A stretch of DNA of 56,964 nucleotides from Chitinophagales bacterium (GCA_020630635.1 JAHDBB010000001.1:1-56964), one strand, 5' to 3'. Positions 41,892-52,173 are shown, counted from the stretch's first letter. Made by a program: numbers and translations. Notes: generated by a model not told the origin, from the sequence alone.

Positions 41892-44293
41892 TTTTTCGAT
41901 TGAGATTTGATTTGTGTTTCGGGTTCAGCTCCAGAGTTTGGAGTCAAGTCAACGTCATTGTTTTTTCCTTGATCTTTTCCATCTTCTGGACAATTGGACT
42001 TACTTAACCAAGCAAGCGCAACAGAATCAAAAGGGACTGTATTACCTCCGACATTAGTAATGTAATCAGCAATAATTTCATCAATAGAAAATCCGTCAAT
42101 ACCAACCACATCTAAGCCCTGTAACTCGAACCGTGAAAAAGCTCCAGCACTTGGCCAGAAATTGCCGAAGGTCGCATTAACAGCGGTAACAGCAGGTAAT
42201 GACAACAATCCTAATACTGTATTAATGGCTGTCAATAATTCAGCCTCGAAGTTAGGATTTATCTGAAGATAACATTCTCCAGGCGCACCTGTAGGAGCTT
42301 GCGAGAACATATTAACGGGTGTTGCTATTCCGTATGTACTACCATCCACGACAATAGCCGTGACCTGACCTCCTGGAAACGATCCACTTTCAGAATAACA
42401 GCTATTTTGTGCCAAACCCAGCAGTCTAGGTACGGTTGGATCGACAAAAGAGAATGTACAATCTTCATTCCCTGTACCACCTGAACCACCATCTGGACAT
42501 TCAGGAAAGCAAGCCCCGTAATCCTCATTACAATAAAATCCAGGAGGACAACTCCCATCAGGGCCGCACGGTGGGTAGCAATACCCACCAATACAAATCC
42601 AACCCTCTGGACAACCCTCAGAGCAAGGAGGGAGGCAAATTCCATTCACACATAACCAACCAGGAGGGCATTCACTAGTATCTGAACAGATTGGAAGACA
42701 AATACCATCGACACAAATGAAACCTTCAGGACAGATACCATCTAGGCATTCTGGTAAGCAATACCCACCAACACAGACAAAACCAGGAGGACATTCACCA
42801 TCCTCTGAACATGGAGGAAAGCAAATACCACCAATGCAAACCCAACCCTCTGGACAATCTGCATCATCGGTACAGATTGGAAGGCAGAGACCATTGATGC
42901 AGGTATAGCCATCAGGACAATCTGCATCATCTGTGCATGTCTGGATACATTCACCAGCCACCAAAATAGAACCATCAGGACATTCTGGAACAACATCACC
43001 TACTGTAATACAGATTTCTCCGTAGCAACACAATGGCTTCTCTGTGCATTGTGCGACATAGTAGAAACAGAACTCACCAACAAAATCACTAGGGAAATTG
43101 AATTCGATTAAGCCCGTATCATTGATACTAATATAAGCTTGGTATTCAACAGGAATTTGTTCTAATCTATAAACAGGCTTACAACAATCGGTACCATTAC
43201 AATCAAGTTGATGAGTAAACACACCAGAACAATCTTCTGGAGTATACATCAACAGATAATCTTCACAGCAATGATTCATTTCGATATTGATAACGGAATA
43301 GCATTGCTTACCAGAATAGCATGTAGTAACGATTGTAAAGCTATCACCACCCCAAGCGCAGTCATCAGGATTATAATCCCAGCTACCATCCTCATTGATG
43401 GTAACTGTCCCTTGTGTTGGGTCTGCACCAACGGTATAGACTGGATCATGACAACAATCCCATGTACATGTTGGTGGTGGCTCTTCACTAATTGGAGCGG
43501 CTTTGGCTCCAGGATCAGCTGTAATTGTATATGTCTGATCTCCACAGCAATTACCTACAGTTAGGCAAATATTGAAATAGCATTTAGATTTCCCACAATG
43601 GACATAGACAGGAAAACAGAGTTCACCTAAGAACTTATCTGGTGGTGTAATACTGTATGAACCATCACTATTGACAATAATACCATCAACACTTTCATTA
43701 CTTGGCTCATTATTGTCTAGTGCGCTATTACATGTGGCTGTTGTTCCTTCGCTGTGTGTTGGATCAGGAGAAAGTGAGTAAGTCACCATTCCATTACAAC
43801 AATCACCAAAAGGATTGCAATCTAATTGCCCTGTAATTGTCTCATTTCCTGCTACATCAATGTATAGGTCATCACATCCATCACATCTTCCAACCTCCCA
43901 ACATACAAATCTATAAGTATTGTAAGCAGCAATGTCACATTCAATAAGGATAATAGCACAATCTTGCCCGATAAACCCAGCATTAGGTGTATAAACCAAA
44001 TTACCTTCAACAACTTCTAATGTGCCATTACTCACATTGCTTAAAATATTGTACTGCACATTATTACAGCAATCATCTAAGCTACAATCACTAATAATAT
44101 CACCTTCCCAACTGCCATCAATAGGAATAGCAAGCTCTAATGTATCACACAACTTAGTATAGCCATCTGGAATGATGGACTTATCATCTAAGGCACTTGC
44201 GCCAGACCCTGCACCAATTGCAGTATTGTTGCCACTTGGAGGATTACTAGTACCGTAACCATATGTATTACCTGAAGGGAAAAACCCAAACAT
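41888..44293 (-). CDS. Very Cys-rich protein (801 aa), copy 2
   Basis: Identical translation to 13496-15901. Confidence 0.8.
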   Translation of the reverse strand: MFGFFPSGNTYGYGTSNPPSGNNTAIGAGSGASALDDKSIIPDGYTKLCDTLELAIPIDGSWEGDIISDCSLDDCCNNVQYNILSNVSNGTLEVVEGNLVYTPNAGFIGQDCAIILIECDIAAYNTYRFVCWEVGRCDGCDDLYIDVAGNETITGQLDCNPFGDCCNGMVTYSLSPDPTHSEGTTATCNSALDNNEPSNESVDGIIVNSDGSYSITPPDKFLGELCFPVYVHCGKSKCYFNICLTVGNCCGDQTYTITADPGAKAAPISEEPPPTCTWDCCHDPVYTVGADPTQGTVTINEDGSWDYNPDDCAWGGDSFTIVTTCYSGKQCYSVINIEMNHCCEDYLLMYTPEDCSGVFTHQLDCNGTDCCKPVYRLEQIPVEYQAYISINDTGLIEFNFPSDFVGEFCFYYVAQCTEKPLCCYGEICITVGDVVPECPDGSILVAGECIQTCTDDADCPDGYTCINGLCLPICTDDADCPEGWVCIGGICFPPCSEDGECPPGFVCVGGYCLPECLDGICPEGFICVDGICLPICSDTSECPPGWLCVNGICLPPCSEGCPEGWICIGGYCYPPCGPDGSCPPGFYCNEDYGACFPECPDGGSGGTGNEDCTFSFVDPTVPRLLGLAQNSCYSESGSFPGGQVTAIVVDGSTYGIATPVNMFSQAPTGAPGECYLQINPNFEAELLTAINTVLGLLSLPAVTAVNATFGNFWPSAGAFSRFELQGLDVVGIDGFSIDEIIADYITNVGGNTVPFDSVALAWLSKSNCPEDGKDQGKNNDVDLTPNSGAEPETQIKSQSKK
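42494..42982 (-). repeat. EGF-like Cys repeat array, copy 2
   Basis: Identical to 14102-14590. Confidence 0.85.
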
Positions 44294-44296
44294 ATT

Positions 44297-44683
44297 TTAT
44301 TTTTTTACAACCAAATAAATTAAAACAATGAATAGCAAAAGAAAAAAGACGGCACCAACCAGCACTAAAGGGCTTATGGCTCCGTCGTCATTGTTTCCAT
44401 TGTTATTGTTTCCGTCATTGTTTCCATTGTCATTATTAGGATTGTCATTACCATTCAACACACCATCAATAACCTCGTCAATTTGACCAGGCAAGACAAT
44501 AGGAACAGGTGCGCCACCAACTAGATCAGGATCAGGAAAGTCTGCTGGTAAAATCTCTGTTGCTGGATTGACGATAGCGCAATACTGAAGACAATCCTCC
44601 CTAAATTTTCGCCAATTAGAAAAGAAAGGATACCTAGCCCTACACTTGCTCGCACAATTACGCCTAGTTTGTCTGTCGCTCAT
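44297..44683 (-). CDS. Tail-anchored membrane protein with N/D tract, copy 2
   Basis: Identical translation to 15905-16291. Confidence 0.65.
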   Translation of the reverse strand: MSDRQTRRNCASKCRARYPFFSNWRKFREDCLQYCAIVNPATEILPADFPDPDLVGGAPVPIVLPGQIDEVIDGVLNGNDNPNNDNGNNDGNNNNGNNDDGAISPLVLVGAVFFLLLFIVLIYLVVKK

Positions 44684-44705
44684 TTTACCAACTTTATAGT
44701 TTCTC

Positions 44706-44837
44706 TTATAACCTTTGCAAATGCGCCTTTATATCTTGTTTGTAGACAAGATCAAGCATTTCACCCCTCCAAGCAGCATCTACACGACCGCCTTCTTTTG
44801 GAGTAGTGTCAAATAATTTCTTGGGAAATCTAATCAT
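44706..44837 (-). CDS. Small ORF (43 aa), copy 2
   Basis: Same as 16314-16445 (+28392). Confidence 0.4.
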   Translation of the reverse strand: MIRFPKKLFDTTPKEGGRVDAAWRGEMLDLVYKQDIKAHLQRL

Positions 44838-44947
44838 TATTTAGTCTTAGATTTTCGCTTAAATCTTCTACTGGTTCCCTTTGGAGCTTCACGTAAAAAA
44901 AGATTAGCGATAATTCTCTTTGTTACTTTTCGCTTTTTTACAGGCAT
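44837..44947 (-). CDS. Small highly basic ORF (36 aa), copy 2
   Basis: Same as 16445-16555 (+28392). Confidence 0.4.
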   Translation of the reverse strand: MPVKKRKVTKRIIANLFLREAPKGTSRRFKRKSKTK

Positions 44948-44953
44948 GACAGA

Positions 44954-45724
44954 TTATTTTTTATTACTAAAAAACAGCTTTTTAGCTACTTCATAACTAA
45001 TGCCCTTTTCCTTCGCAAGCCTTTTAATGGCTGCTTCTTGACATGGTGTACACTCATCATCCACCCTACTCACTTTAACCGCAGCACCTTTGTTTTTTCG
45101 ACTTGAAGACTTAGTGGACTTACTTACACTTACTTTGGCATCATCACACTTTTCCTCTTGCCCTTTGCATCCTTCACAGCAACTATTGAAATCATCAACA
45201 AACTTATCATCAATGACCCAGTATTTGCCAGAAATAGTATTAACCGCTTTAGTGACTTTTTGCTTTGGCTCTAACCTAACCGAAATCAAGCGTTTTTGAG
45301 CGTCGTAAACTTTGATTTTTACTACTTCGCCAAGACTATCGCTATAAGCCTTACCAGCCAAGCTATAAGTAAGGTTATCAGCAGCGAATAAAGTATCACT
45401 AGCAATTAGATACTTTGCTTTACCATGTTGGTGATCTTCTCCAGCACCAGGTCCAATTACAACAGAATCTAAGACAAATGACAAAGTTTCTAAGACAAAA
45501 TCATTAAGCCCAGAAATGAAGAAATGATCTTCTTTAGGATAGCTAAATGTGGCTACTTTTTGCTCACCAACCAGAATATCAACCTTAGCTGAAACAATAC
45601 CATCAGCTAATTCAATTTCATATTCATGGTCATTTTTGGTCTTCTGAACGCTTATAAGCCGATGACCCCAAGATTTGATCTTGTCCTGACTCAAGCGTTG
45701 TCTTACTGAACTTACTATCTTCAT
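44954..45724 (-). CDS. Hypothetical protein (256 aa), copy 2
   Basis: Identical translation to 16562-17332. Confidence 0.65.
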   Translation of the reverse strand: MKIVSSVRQRLSQDKIKSWGHRLISVQKTKNDHEYEIELADGIVSAKVDILVGEQKVATFSYPKEDHFFISGLNDFVLETLSFVLDSVVIGPGAGEDHQHGKAKYLIASDTLFAADNLTYSLAGKAYSDSLGEVVKIKVYDAQKRLISVRLEPKQKVTKAVNTISGKYWVIDDKFVDDFNSCCEGCKGQEEKCDDAKVSVSKSTKSSSRKNKGAAVKVSRVDDECTPCQEAAIKRLAKEKGISYEVAKKLFFSNKK

Positions 45725-45908
45725 TTAAATCCTGTCTTTTTTTCTTGACCCATTCTAGGCCATAGAGTAAAAAATTAATTACTAGAGTCGCCAAAAGTGC
45801 CGAAATCACATCTTCATAAGGCTCTAGCATTTCAAATAAACCTGATGCTTGCCAGGTGCCAAAAACAGCAATAAACAAGTGTTCGATTTTCTGTAAAGGT
45901 TTTAGCAT
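45630..45908 (-). CDS. Small membrane protein (92 aa), copy 2
   Basis: Identical translation to 17238-17516. Confidence 0.4.
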   Translation of the reverse strand: MLKPLQKIEHLFIAVFGTWQASGLFEMLEPYEDVISALLATLVINFLLYGLEWVKKKRQDLNEDSKFSKTTLESGQDQILGSSAYKRSEDQK

Positions 45909-45910
45909 AA

Positions 45911-46069
45911 TTAGTTTTTCTTTCTAAGAAAATAAACGGCTGCCAAGACCGATGAAAACACCACAAGCCACAGCACGAATCCAGTTAAAAATATTGTACC
46001 TGGACTAACGCTGATCGTAGGTGATTTTTCACCCGTAAGCACATCCAGCACATCACTTAGTACATCCAC
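45911..46069 (-). CDS. Possible small membrane protein (52 aa), copy 2
   Basis: Same as 17519-17677 (+28392). Confidence 0.3.
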   Translation of the reverse strand: MDVLSDVLDVLTGEKSPTISVSPGTIFLTGFVLWLVVFSSVLAAVYFLRKKN

Positions 46070-46072
46070 AGT

Positions 46073-46201
46073 CTAGCTTTTTTTTTGCTTCCACATGTCC
46101 CATAGCAAGTTTGCTAAAAGAATGCCTGCAACTGTAATGCTGACCTGAACGAAAACGGAGGTAAAATTGATTTTACCTTTGGTAGTTACACCCTTTTCCA
46201 T
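46073..46201 (-). CDS. Small membrane protein (42 aa), copy 2
   Basis: Same as 17681-17809 (+28392). Confidence 0.4.
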   Translation of the reverse strand: MEKGVTTKGKINFTSVFVQVSITVAGILLANLLWDMWKQKKS

Positions 46202-46208
46202 ATAAAAA

Positions 46209-46643
46209 TTATTTTAAGTTCAACTTTGAAAATCTATCATTGACACGATTTACCGTATCACAATCCAGCAACACACCACAACTTTCCTCATTAATACTAG
46301 TACCTAGACTGCCCCAACGATCTCTAACGCCAGGCATCCAACCATAAGATGTTTTAGTACCCTTGATGCTTTTCTCCCAATAATTATAGACTAGTATTAT
46401 CTCATCATCGGTAAAGGACAGCAATTGAGTTAATACAGTCTCTAACTTATCATCTATATTAACACCATCCATTGCATTTAACAGCTTTTGACCCCAGAGG
46501 CTAGGATCAAAATTGGGTCTGGTACCATCTCCTGTAGGACGCACAATAGATATTGTCTGCCTATTGACCAAGACATAAAACACCAAGCCAAATAAAGCCA
46601 CTAAAAGGGCAATCAAAAACCAGTAATAATTACTATTATTCAC
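46209..46643 (-). CDS. Membrane-anchored protein (144 aa), copy 2
   Basis: Identical translation to 17817-18251. Confidence 0.65.
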   Translation of the reverse strand: MNNSNYYWFLIALLVALFGLVFYVLVNRQTISIVRPTGDGTRPNFDPSLWGQKLLNAMDGVNIDDKLETVLTQLLSFTDDEIILVYNYWEKSIKGTKTSYGWMPGVRDRWGSLGTSINEESCGVLLDCDTVNRVNDRFSKLNLK

Positions 46644-46646
46644 AGA

Positions 46647-46841
46647 TTAATTATTATACAAAAACGACCATTGAGGACGTGATTTGTAAGGACGTACACG
46701 ATTGCGAGTAAAACGCATCTTTTGAGGATTATTAGGAGGGTTTGGCTTATCTTTTTTAAGAGCAGCCATCAATTTATCACCCCAAAAAATCCAAGCAAGC
46801 GCAAGCGCAATAATTGCGAAAAACCAATAATCAGACTTCAT
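46647..46841 (-). CDS. Small membrane protein (64 aa), copy 2
   Basis: Identical translation to 18255-18449. Confidence 0.55.
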   Translation of the reverse strand: MKSDYWFFAIIALALAWIFWGDKLMAALKKDKPNPPNNPQKMRFTRNRVRPYKSRPQWSFLYNN

Positions 46842-47113
46842 ATTACTTTATTTCTAATGAGCAACCCTAAACCAACAAGCAGGGTAACAAATAGCAATCC
46901 GACCCAAATAGGCGTATTATTCGACGGCCCAGATGATGGAGAATTGACCACAACGCTAGAACCAGAATTAGCACCAATGACCTTAGAGAGAAAGTCACCG
47001 ACCTTATCTAGTATGGTTCTTTCATCTGTAGTACCAGCACCACTATTATCAGTAGTGGTTTTATCTGACTTTTCACCATCTAGGTATTGAGTAGCTAAAC
47101 TATGTCTTACCAT
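46838..47113 (-). CDS. Small tail-anchored membrane protein (91 aa), copy 2
   Basis: Identical translation to 18446-18721. Confidence 0.55.
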   Translation of the reverse strand: MVRHSLATQYLDGEKSDKTTTDNSGAGTTDERTILDKVGDFLSKVIGANSGSSVVVNSPSSGPSNNTPIWVGLLFVTLLVGLGLLIRNKVI

Positions 47114-47115
47114 GC

Positions 47116-47625
47116 CTATTTTACATCTTTAATTAAAAACCAAAAAACACCTAGACCCAAGAGAGCCAAAGCACCAGCAAATACATAAGGTAGATAATCA
47201 GGTTTCGCTGGAACATTGGTAACATTGACTGGAGGCTTTGAAGTGCCTAGTATAGTTCCTAGTATTTCCGTAGCATAATCGCCAAATTTTTCCCATTTGG
47301 TGCGACTACCAGCAACCGTATAAAAGCCACCATCATCACCTAATAGGCTTGCCATATAAGGAGATAAATGAGCTGTTGTTTTATTACCTTCGTTCCACTT
47401 GATACCTTTAATGGCATTTAGAACCTTCGCCTCATGTCCTTGTCTCCAAAAGCCCAATAACTGATTGGCAACATCAACAACCGTCCATTTTTCTTTAGTT
47501 ACTGCCAAATCCCCATTTCTTTGGAGATTGTATAATACCTGTTCTGCATTGTTTTCAGCTACCAAACGAATAAGGTACTCAGGTTGTCGAATCTTGTCTT
47601 TAAAGACTTCTTTTGTTAGTACCAT
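47116..47625 (-). CDS. Tail-anchored membrane protein (169 aa), copy 2
   Basis: Identical translation to 18724-19233. Confidence 0.65.
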   Translation of the reverse strand: MVLTKEVFKDKIRQPEYLIRLVAENNAEQVLYNLQRNGDLAVTKEKWTVVDVANQLLGFWRQGHEAKVLNAIKGIKWNEGNKTTAHLSPYMASLLGDDGGFYTVAGSRTKWEKFGDYATEILGTILGTSKPPVNVTNVPAKPDYLPYVFAGALALLGLGVFWFLIKDVK

Positions 47626-47636
47626 ATTTGTTTTAA

Positions 47637-48332
47637 TTAGTAAAGCTTCATCGCTCCCTCGATAAAGAAGCCGACATCAATTTTTGCACCTGTTGGCACA
47701 TCAACTGTCAATGCAACTAATGGATTGATCATAAATTCAAGCGGCAATTCATAAATATACTCATGCTGCTTATTTTGGCTATCAGCCTGGAATAGGTCAA
47801 TTTTAATTGTACGCAATGGCATTCCTTCTGCATCGTAAAAATGAAGTTTAGGAGCCAATGCACGCAAAATCTCAAAACTTGAACTTTGAAATTTGACCTT
47901 CCAAACCTTATATTCCGCATTACTGATACTTGCTACACTCCTTTGCATGAACATCTCATTCTTAGGAACATGCGACAACCAACCGCAAAGACTAGCATTC
48001 TTGTTGTAGCAATTGTGAGCCTTGAAGAATTCAAAAGAATCAAACAATACATAAGTATTATCATTCACATGGCTAGAGCCAGCAACTCCTTGATTAGTAC
48101 CAGAACAATCTTCACATGCACAATCATCATTATGGACAAGGTTTTGCGTCCCTTGATGACAAATCACAAAATGCAAAAAGTCAGACATTGCCGATTGACG
48201 CTCGACTAACATGCCTGTATTACCATTATTGCCATGAGTGACAGCAACCTCATTTGTTTGAATGACGTTTCTTTGAGTCGCTTCTTGTGTAAACGGCACG
48301 ACTTTAACCGTTCTATTGGAATTATTATCCAT
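47637..48332 (-). CDS. Beta-rich 231-aa candidate major virion protein, copy 2
   Basis: Identical translation to 19245-19940. Confidence 0.6.
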   Translation of the reverse strand: MDNNSNRTVKVVPFTQEATQRNVIQTNEVAVTHGNNGNTGMLVERQSAMSDFLHFVICHQGTQNLVHNDDCACEDCSGTNQGVAGSSHVNDNTYVLFDSFEFFKAHNCYNKNASLCGWLSHVPKNEMFMQRSVASISNAEYKVWKVKFQSSSFEILRALAPKLHFYDAEGMPLRTIKIDLFQADSQNKQHEYIYELPLEFMINPLVALTVDVPTGAKIDVGFFIEGAMKLY

Positions 48333-48350
48333 TTTGGATTATTTTCATTT

Positions 48351-48390
48351 GTAATCAATCGTAACCAATCGTAACCAATCGTAACCAATC
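48351..48390 (-). repeat. Four tandem 10-bp repeats, copy 2
   Basis: Identical to 19959-19998. Confidence 0.85.
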
Positions 48391-48492
48391 GCTTAGACCA
48401 CAAATAAAAAGCAAGAACCAAAGAGAATCAATAACTTACAAATAACTAAAGTAGAGCAATTATATAAGTTTAAATAGATTTTGCATAGGCAC

Positions 48493-48524
48493 AAAAAAAA
48501 AGCATCCCTACAAACAGGAATGCT
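48493..48524 (-). terminator. Rho-independent terminator, copy 2
   Basis: Identical to 20101-20132. Confidence 0.7.
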
Positions 48525-48591
48525 TTACGCTCTAAAAAAAACACTATCGCAAACTTTACATTCAGCGACCTAAATTTACCAAAAGTTCTTA

Positions 48592-49212
48592 TTATATATT
48601 TTCAATTTTAACACATAAGTATTTATTATTTTTCACCTTGCAATATTTATTGATTTTCTTGGCTGTGCTTGCTACAACATCGTAATTTGGAATATTCTTC
48701 TTAGCCCTTTCGGGATTCTCCGACGTTGAAAATAAATACATTAAGTTATAATAGTTAAAAATTCTAGGAGGTATGTCGGTAAATGCATGAACGACAAAAT
48801 ACCAATCACACATTCTATGCCTTGACTGGATCACACCTATAGACAAATCACGCAACATTCCTGCATCTAAATAGCTCCTACAGTCATCCATTACTATAAG
48901 GTAGTTCCAACAGTAATGGAATAGATACTTTAATGTTTTTTTGTCATGCTTGTAGTAGAAGGCACGGTAAATGCCTTTCTTTTTCGACTTCACACTTTGT
49001 TTATCCGCAAGGTCTAAGACAGGATATTCGGCAAAAGCTTTATCTATATTGGCGTAACTAACAACCAACACAGGACGTTCTATAGCTACCTCCTTAGCTA
49101 TCTTTTTCATAAACGTAGTCTTACCCGTACCCCGAACCCCTATAACTAAGCCTATTTCAGCAGTTCGAGAAGCTTTACTTTCCTTTGGCTTCGTGCTTTT
49201 CTTTCTTGGCAT
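48592..49212 (-). CDS. Small P-loop ATPase, copy 2
   Basis: Identical translation to 20200-20820. Confidence 0.7.
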   Translation of the reverse strand: MPRKKSTKPKESKASRTAEIGLVIGVRGTGKTTFMKKIAKEVAIERPVLVVSYANIDKAFAEYPVLDLADKQSVKSKKKGIYRAFYYKHDKKTLKYLFHYCWNYLIVMDDCRSYLDAGMLRDLSIGVIQSRHRMCDWYFVVHAFTDIPPRIFNYYNLMYLFSTSENPERAKKNIPNYDVVASTAKKINKYCKVKNNKYLCVKIENI

Positions 49213-49579
49213 TAGCTCCAGTTTGGTTATAGACTATCAATTCCTTTGCATCAATCATCTTTTTACCACACACAGCAAAAAGATGTAACGAGCCATCATC
49301 ACGCCTAAGCACTTGAAAGCCATCCACAGACAAGACATTAGAAGCTGTTTTATGAACGACTTTGATTCCTTTTGCTAGTCCAGGATGATGTTGAGAAATA
49401 TAATGCTGCAACATGCTATAATGCAAGCCTTGCAATTGACTTAGTGCCATTTGTGCTTCTGCATACTCCTTTAAGGTTACATTCTTTCTAACTCGCTTTT
49501 TAAAGGAGCCTAAAAACTTCTGAAACCTTTGGACAAAGACGCTTTTCTTATTATTACGAAATCCTTTAACTAGTTTCAT
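49175..49579 (-). CDS. Basic hypothetical protein (134 aa), copy 2
   Basis: Identical translation to 20783-21187. Confidence 0.55.
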   Translation of the reverse strand: MKLVKGFRNNKKSVFVQRFQKFLGSFKKRVRKNVTLKEYAEAQMALSQLQGLHYSMLQHYISQHHPGLAKGIKVVHKTASNVLSVDGFQVLRRDDGSLHLFAVCGKKMIDAKELIVYNQTGANAKKEKHEAKGK

Positions 49580-49585
49580 CTGGTA

Positions 49586-50047
49586 TTATTCAATAATTTC
49601 GGCTTCTACAGTTTCCGCTTCCTCTCTCTTCCTTCTCTTACCATCAAAGTAAGCCTTGATTAGCATTCCACCATAAACAGCAGCTACATAAGCGATAAGC
49701 GCACCCTCTGGAGAAATATGTAATTCACGATCTTTCCATACTTCCCATGCAAGCCTAGCAATGCGGTCTTTCTTCTCCTTGCTTGCGGTGTATTCGTCTG
49801 GGTCTTTTGACCCACTCAACCAGCCACCAATTAAACCAAAGACAGCATCAGCACTTTCAACGAATACCTCAATTCCTGCTGGTGGACTAGTATGATCCCC
49901 TCCTGATCCAGAAGCCCCACCACTATCATCCTCTAATTCGGCATCCTCAAAGTCGTCGTCTTGCATGTCTTCATAGAACTCAGGATCATTAGCAAGTCGT
50001 TTGCCGATTAAAGAGGGATCATCAATTATTTCCATATCCTCAAACAT
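49586..50047 (-). CDS. Acidic protein with a C-terminal hydrophobic helix, copy 2
   Basis: Same as 21194-21655. Confidence 0.55.
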   Translation of the reverse strand: MFEDMEIIDDPSLIGKRLANDPEFYEDMQDDDFEDAELEDDSGGASGSGGDHTSPPAGIEVFVESADAVFGLIGGWLSGSKDPDEYTASKEKKDRIARLAWEVWKDRELHISPEGALIAYVAAVYGGMLIKAYFDGKRRKREEAETVEAEIIE

Positions 50048-50351
50048 CCCAACCCATATTTTCTTTAGCGAACTTAGAAACATCAAGTGTATCATGATCC
50101 GCTAAAACTTTGACCTTGCGTTTAAGCCTGTACCCCTCATCGTCTTTTTTAACTGTCATGATGCAACCTTGAATATTTCCATTGGGTTGGAACCCTTCCA
50201 GTCCAATGACAATCATAACACCTTCCTCATCCTCATTAAGGTGTTCATTACAATCAGTAATCAACGCTCTTAGCTTACCAAGCGACTCGACCACGAAACT
50301 TTCCGCAAAAGGAACAGCTTTAATTAGGTCAATAGGATTCATTCCTTTCAT
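50040..50351 (-). CDS. Hypothetical protein (103 aa), copy 2
   Basis: Identical translation to 21648-21959. Confidence 0.55.
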   Translation of the reverse strand: MKGMNPIDLIKAVPFAESFVVESLGKLRALITDCNEHLNEDEEGVMIVIGLEGFQPNGNIQGCIMTVKKDDEGYRLKRKVKVLADHDTLDVSKFAKENMGWDV

Positions 50352-50613
50352 TCTCCTTTATTTTATAATGATTTACACCAACATTTGCTACGAAAACAAC
50401 GGCTTTAGAAATGTGGCCGCAATCCGCCCAGTAATTGAGTGCCAAACGCACTCGTATTAAAAGGTTTTCTCTTGCTGTTTTACTTGGTTCTTCATCCATT
50501 TCATCAAGCAAATCAGCAAGAACCTCTTTAACGGTTGATCTACCATCACGAATGGCATTTAACACCAATAGTTTCAGAGATTGACCGTAATACCGTTTTT
50601 CCATTTTCAGCAC
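50329..50613 (-). CDS. Small protein (94 aa), copy 2
   Basis: Identical translation to 21937-22221. Confidence 0.5.
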   Translation of the reverse strand: MLKMEKRYYGQSLKLLVLNAIRDGRSTVKEVLADLLDEMDEEPSKTARENLLIRVRLALNYWADCGHISKAVVFVANVGVNHYKIKENERNESY

Positions 50614-50632
50614 ATTTGAACCGAAAATAAGC

Positions 50633-50640
50633 TATATTTG
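50633..50640 (+). promoter_or_regulatory. -7 promoter box TATATTTG, copy 2
   Basis: Identical to 22241-22248. Confidence 0.55.
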
Positions 50641-50688
50641 TATATCTAACAATAAGAGGAGCGTACAGATAGGCGCAAACCATTGAAA

Positions 50689-51078
50689 ATGGCTGTCAAT
50701 TTTCTTGTAAAAAAGATTACAAGTTTCAATAAGGAAAGAAACCAGACTACTGGAGGTGATATGAAGTGTTGTTACACTAATTTCCATTTAAAAACATGGT
50801 ATCAGAAAGGAACATGGGTTAGGAATCATTGGCTAATTGAAGAATGGGAAATTAAAGGCTACTTCTATCCCAAAGAATGGGAAATAGAAGATGTAGCGGA
50901 ATATGTTGTTAAAACGGAATGGTGGAAAGCAAAGGAAGGCAAAGACCATGACTACATAATACAAGCAAAAGGAGGCATTAAAAGGAAAGGTCAATTTTTC
51001 ATTAAGAAACTAAGTAGCAAAACCAGCAAATCATTGAAAACAGAAGACATTCAAAGTGAAGAAATAGAGAACAAATGA
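50689..51078 (+). CDS. Trp-rich hypothetical protein, copy 2
   Basis: Same as 22297-22686. Confidence 0.6.
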   Translation: MAVNFLVKKITSFNKERNQTTGGDMKCCYTNFHLKTWYQKGTWVRNHWLIEEWEIKGYFYPKEWEIEDVAEYVVKTEWWKAKEGKDHDYIIQAKGGIKRKGQFFIKKLSSKTSKSLKTEDIQSEEIENK

Positions 51079-51079
51079 T

Positions 51080-51087
51080 TATATTTG
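51080..51087 (+). promoter_or_regulatory. -7 promoter box TATATTTG, copy 2
   Basis: Identical to 22688-22695. Confidence 0.5.
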
Positions 51088-51113
51088 TGACATCACTCTA
51101 AAAAAACACACTT

Positions 51114-51551
51114 ATGAAAAACACATTATCTATTTCTTGTTTAGGACTTCTATTTGTAATGGTTATAGGCTGTTTTCCTCCTAGAGCTGTTGGATGGGCA
51201 TACAACAAAGGAGACGACATTGGACATTCCTCTGTAATTATTAGTGACAATGTTGGCTATGACTTGGCTTGGGATGACATCACATCAATACTTACTAGGA
51301 AATTCGACTTTGACATGATTAGCAAGGAGAGCGGATACATTAGAACCAAATGGAGAAAAGACTGGGTATCACAAGGCAAAAAGATTGATAACTACGAAGT
51401 AAGAGTAATTATAAAAATGTCTAAGCAGCGGAAACGAGTTGACATTTATGCTGAAGCTAAAAAACAAGTAGGTAGCCGTTGGTACGACGGATATGATACT
51501 GAGCTACTGGAACAAATCAAAAAAGACATTATTGGAATGGTTGGTAACTAA
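51114..51551 (+). CDS. Lipoprotein (145 aa), copy 2
   Basis: Identical translation to 22722-23159. Confidence 0.7.
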   Translation: MKNTLSISCLGLLFVMVIGCFPPRAVGWAYNKGDDIGHSSVIISDNVGYDLAWDDITSILTRKFDFDMISKESGYIRTKWRKDWVSQGKKIDNYEVRVIIKMSKQRKRVDIYAEAKKQVGSRWYDGYDTELLEQIKKDIIGMVGN

Positions 51552-51567
51552 ACCAATATATCCCAAT

Positions 51568-51608
51568 GAAAAAACGGGGCTAGGTTAATTCCTAGCACCG
51601 TTTTTTTT
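51568..51608. terminator. Bidirectional terminator, copy 2
   Basis: Identical to 23176-23216. Confidence 0.8.
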
Positions 51609-51612
51609 ATGC

Positions 51613-51942
51613 TTATCCCTTCAAATTTTTGGCGGAATAGTCCGCAGTAGAAAGCAGATCATACAGCAATTGCAAATAGACCAAATCTTTTAAATAATCA
51701 TCTTCAACACCTTTACTATTCAATAGTTTCCTCACATCCTGACTAAGCAACACACGTGCTAAGACTTTACTATTAAGATTCGTAAAAAGATCATCTAAAC
51801 GGCAGCCAAATTCATGCTTTAAATCTTCATAACTCATTTGTGTAAGATGCCTAAGCAAATAATCAGGCTGTGTTGGATCGCTTTGATCCGCTCTTGTGGT
51901 TGGGCTAGTGTTTTTAGCCTCATTAATGTTTGTGATTGACAT
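51613..51942 (-). CDS. Helical 109-aa paralog B, copy 2
   Basis: Identical translation to 23221-23550. Confidence 0.7.
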   Translation of the reverse strand: MSITNINEAKNTSPTTRADQSDPTQPDYLLRHLTQMSYEDLKHEFGCRLDDLFTNLNSKVLARVLLSQDVRKLLNSKGVEDDYLKDLVYLQLLYDLLSTADYSAKNLKG

Positions 51943-52055
51943 GGTTCTCTAAATGGAGAAAGCCGCCCCCACAATGCAACACCCGTAGAAACAACGGACA
52001 AAGTGAGAAACGACTTCCATGTTAATAATAACTTTATAGAGTTGGCATAAAGATA
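51943..52055 (-). promoter_or_regulatory. Promoter-like box plus conserved leader B, copy 2
   Basis: Identical to 23551-23663. Confidence 0.6.
51949..52020 (-). CDS. Possible 23-codon uORF, copy 2
   Basis: Identical to 23557-23628. Confidence 0.25.
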   Translation of the reverse strand: MEVVSHFVRCFYGCCIVGAAFSI

Positions 52056-52173
52056 CACCAATCCCATAAAATTACAGTTTCTAAATTTGTTGGCACTAAT
52101 TTAATAAGATTTTTATAAAGGAGGGTAAAAAAGGGAAGTTTTTTTTTTGTTTTTTCAGCAACTTCTTTTTTGG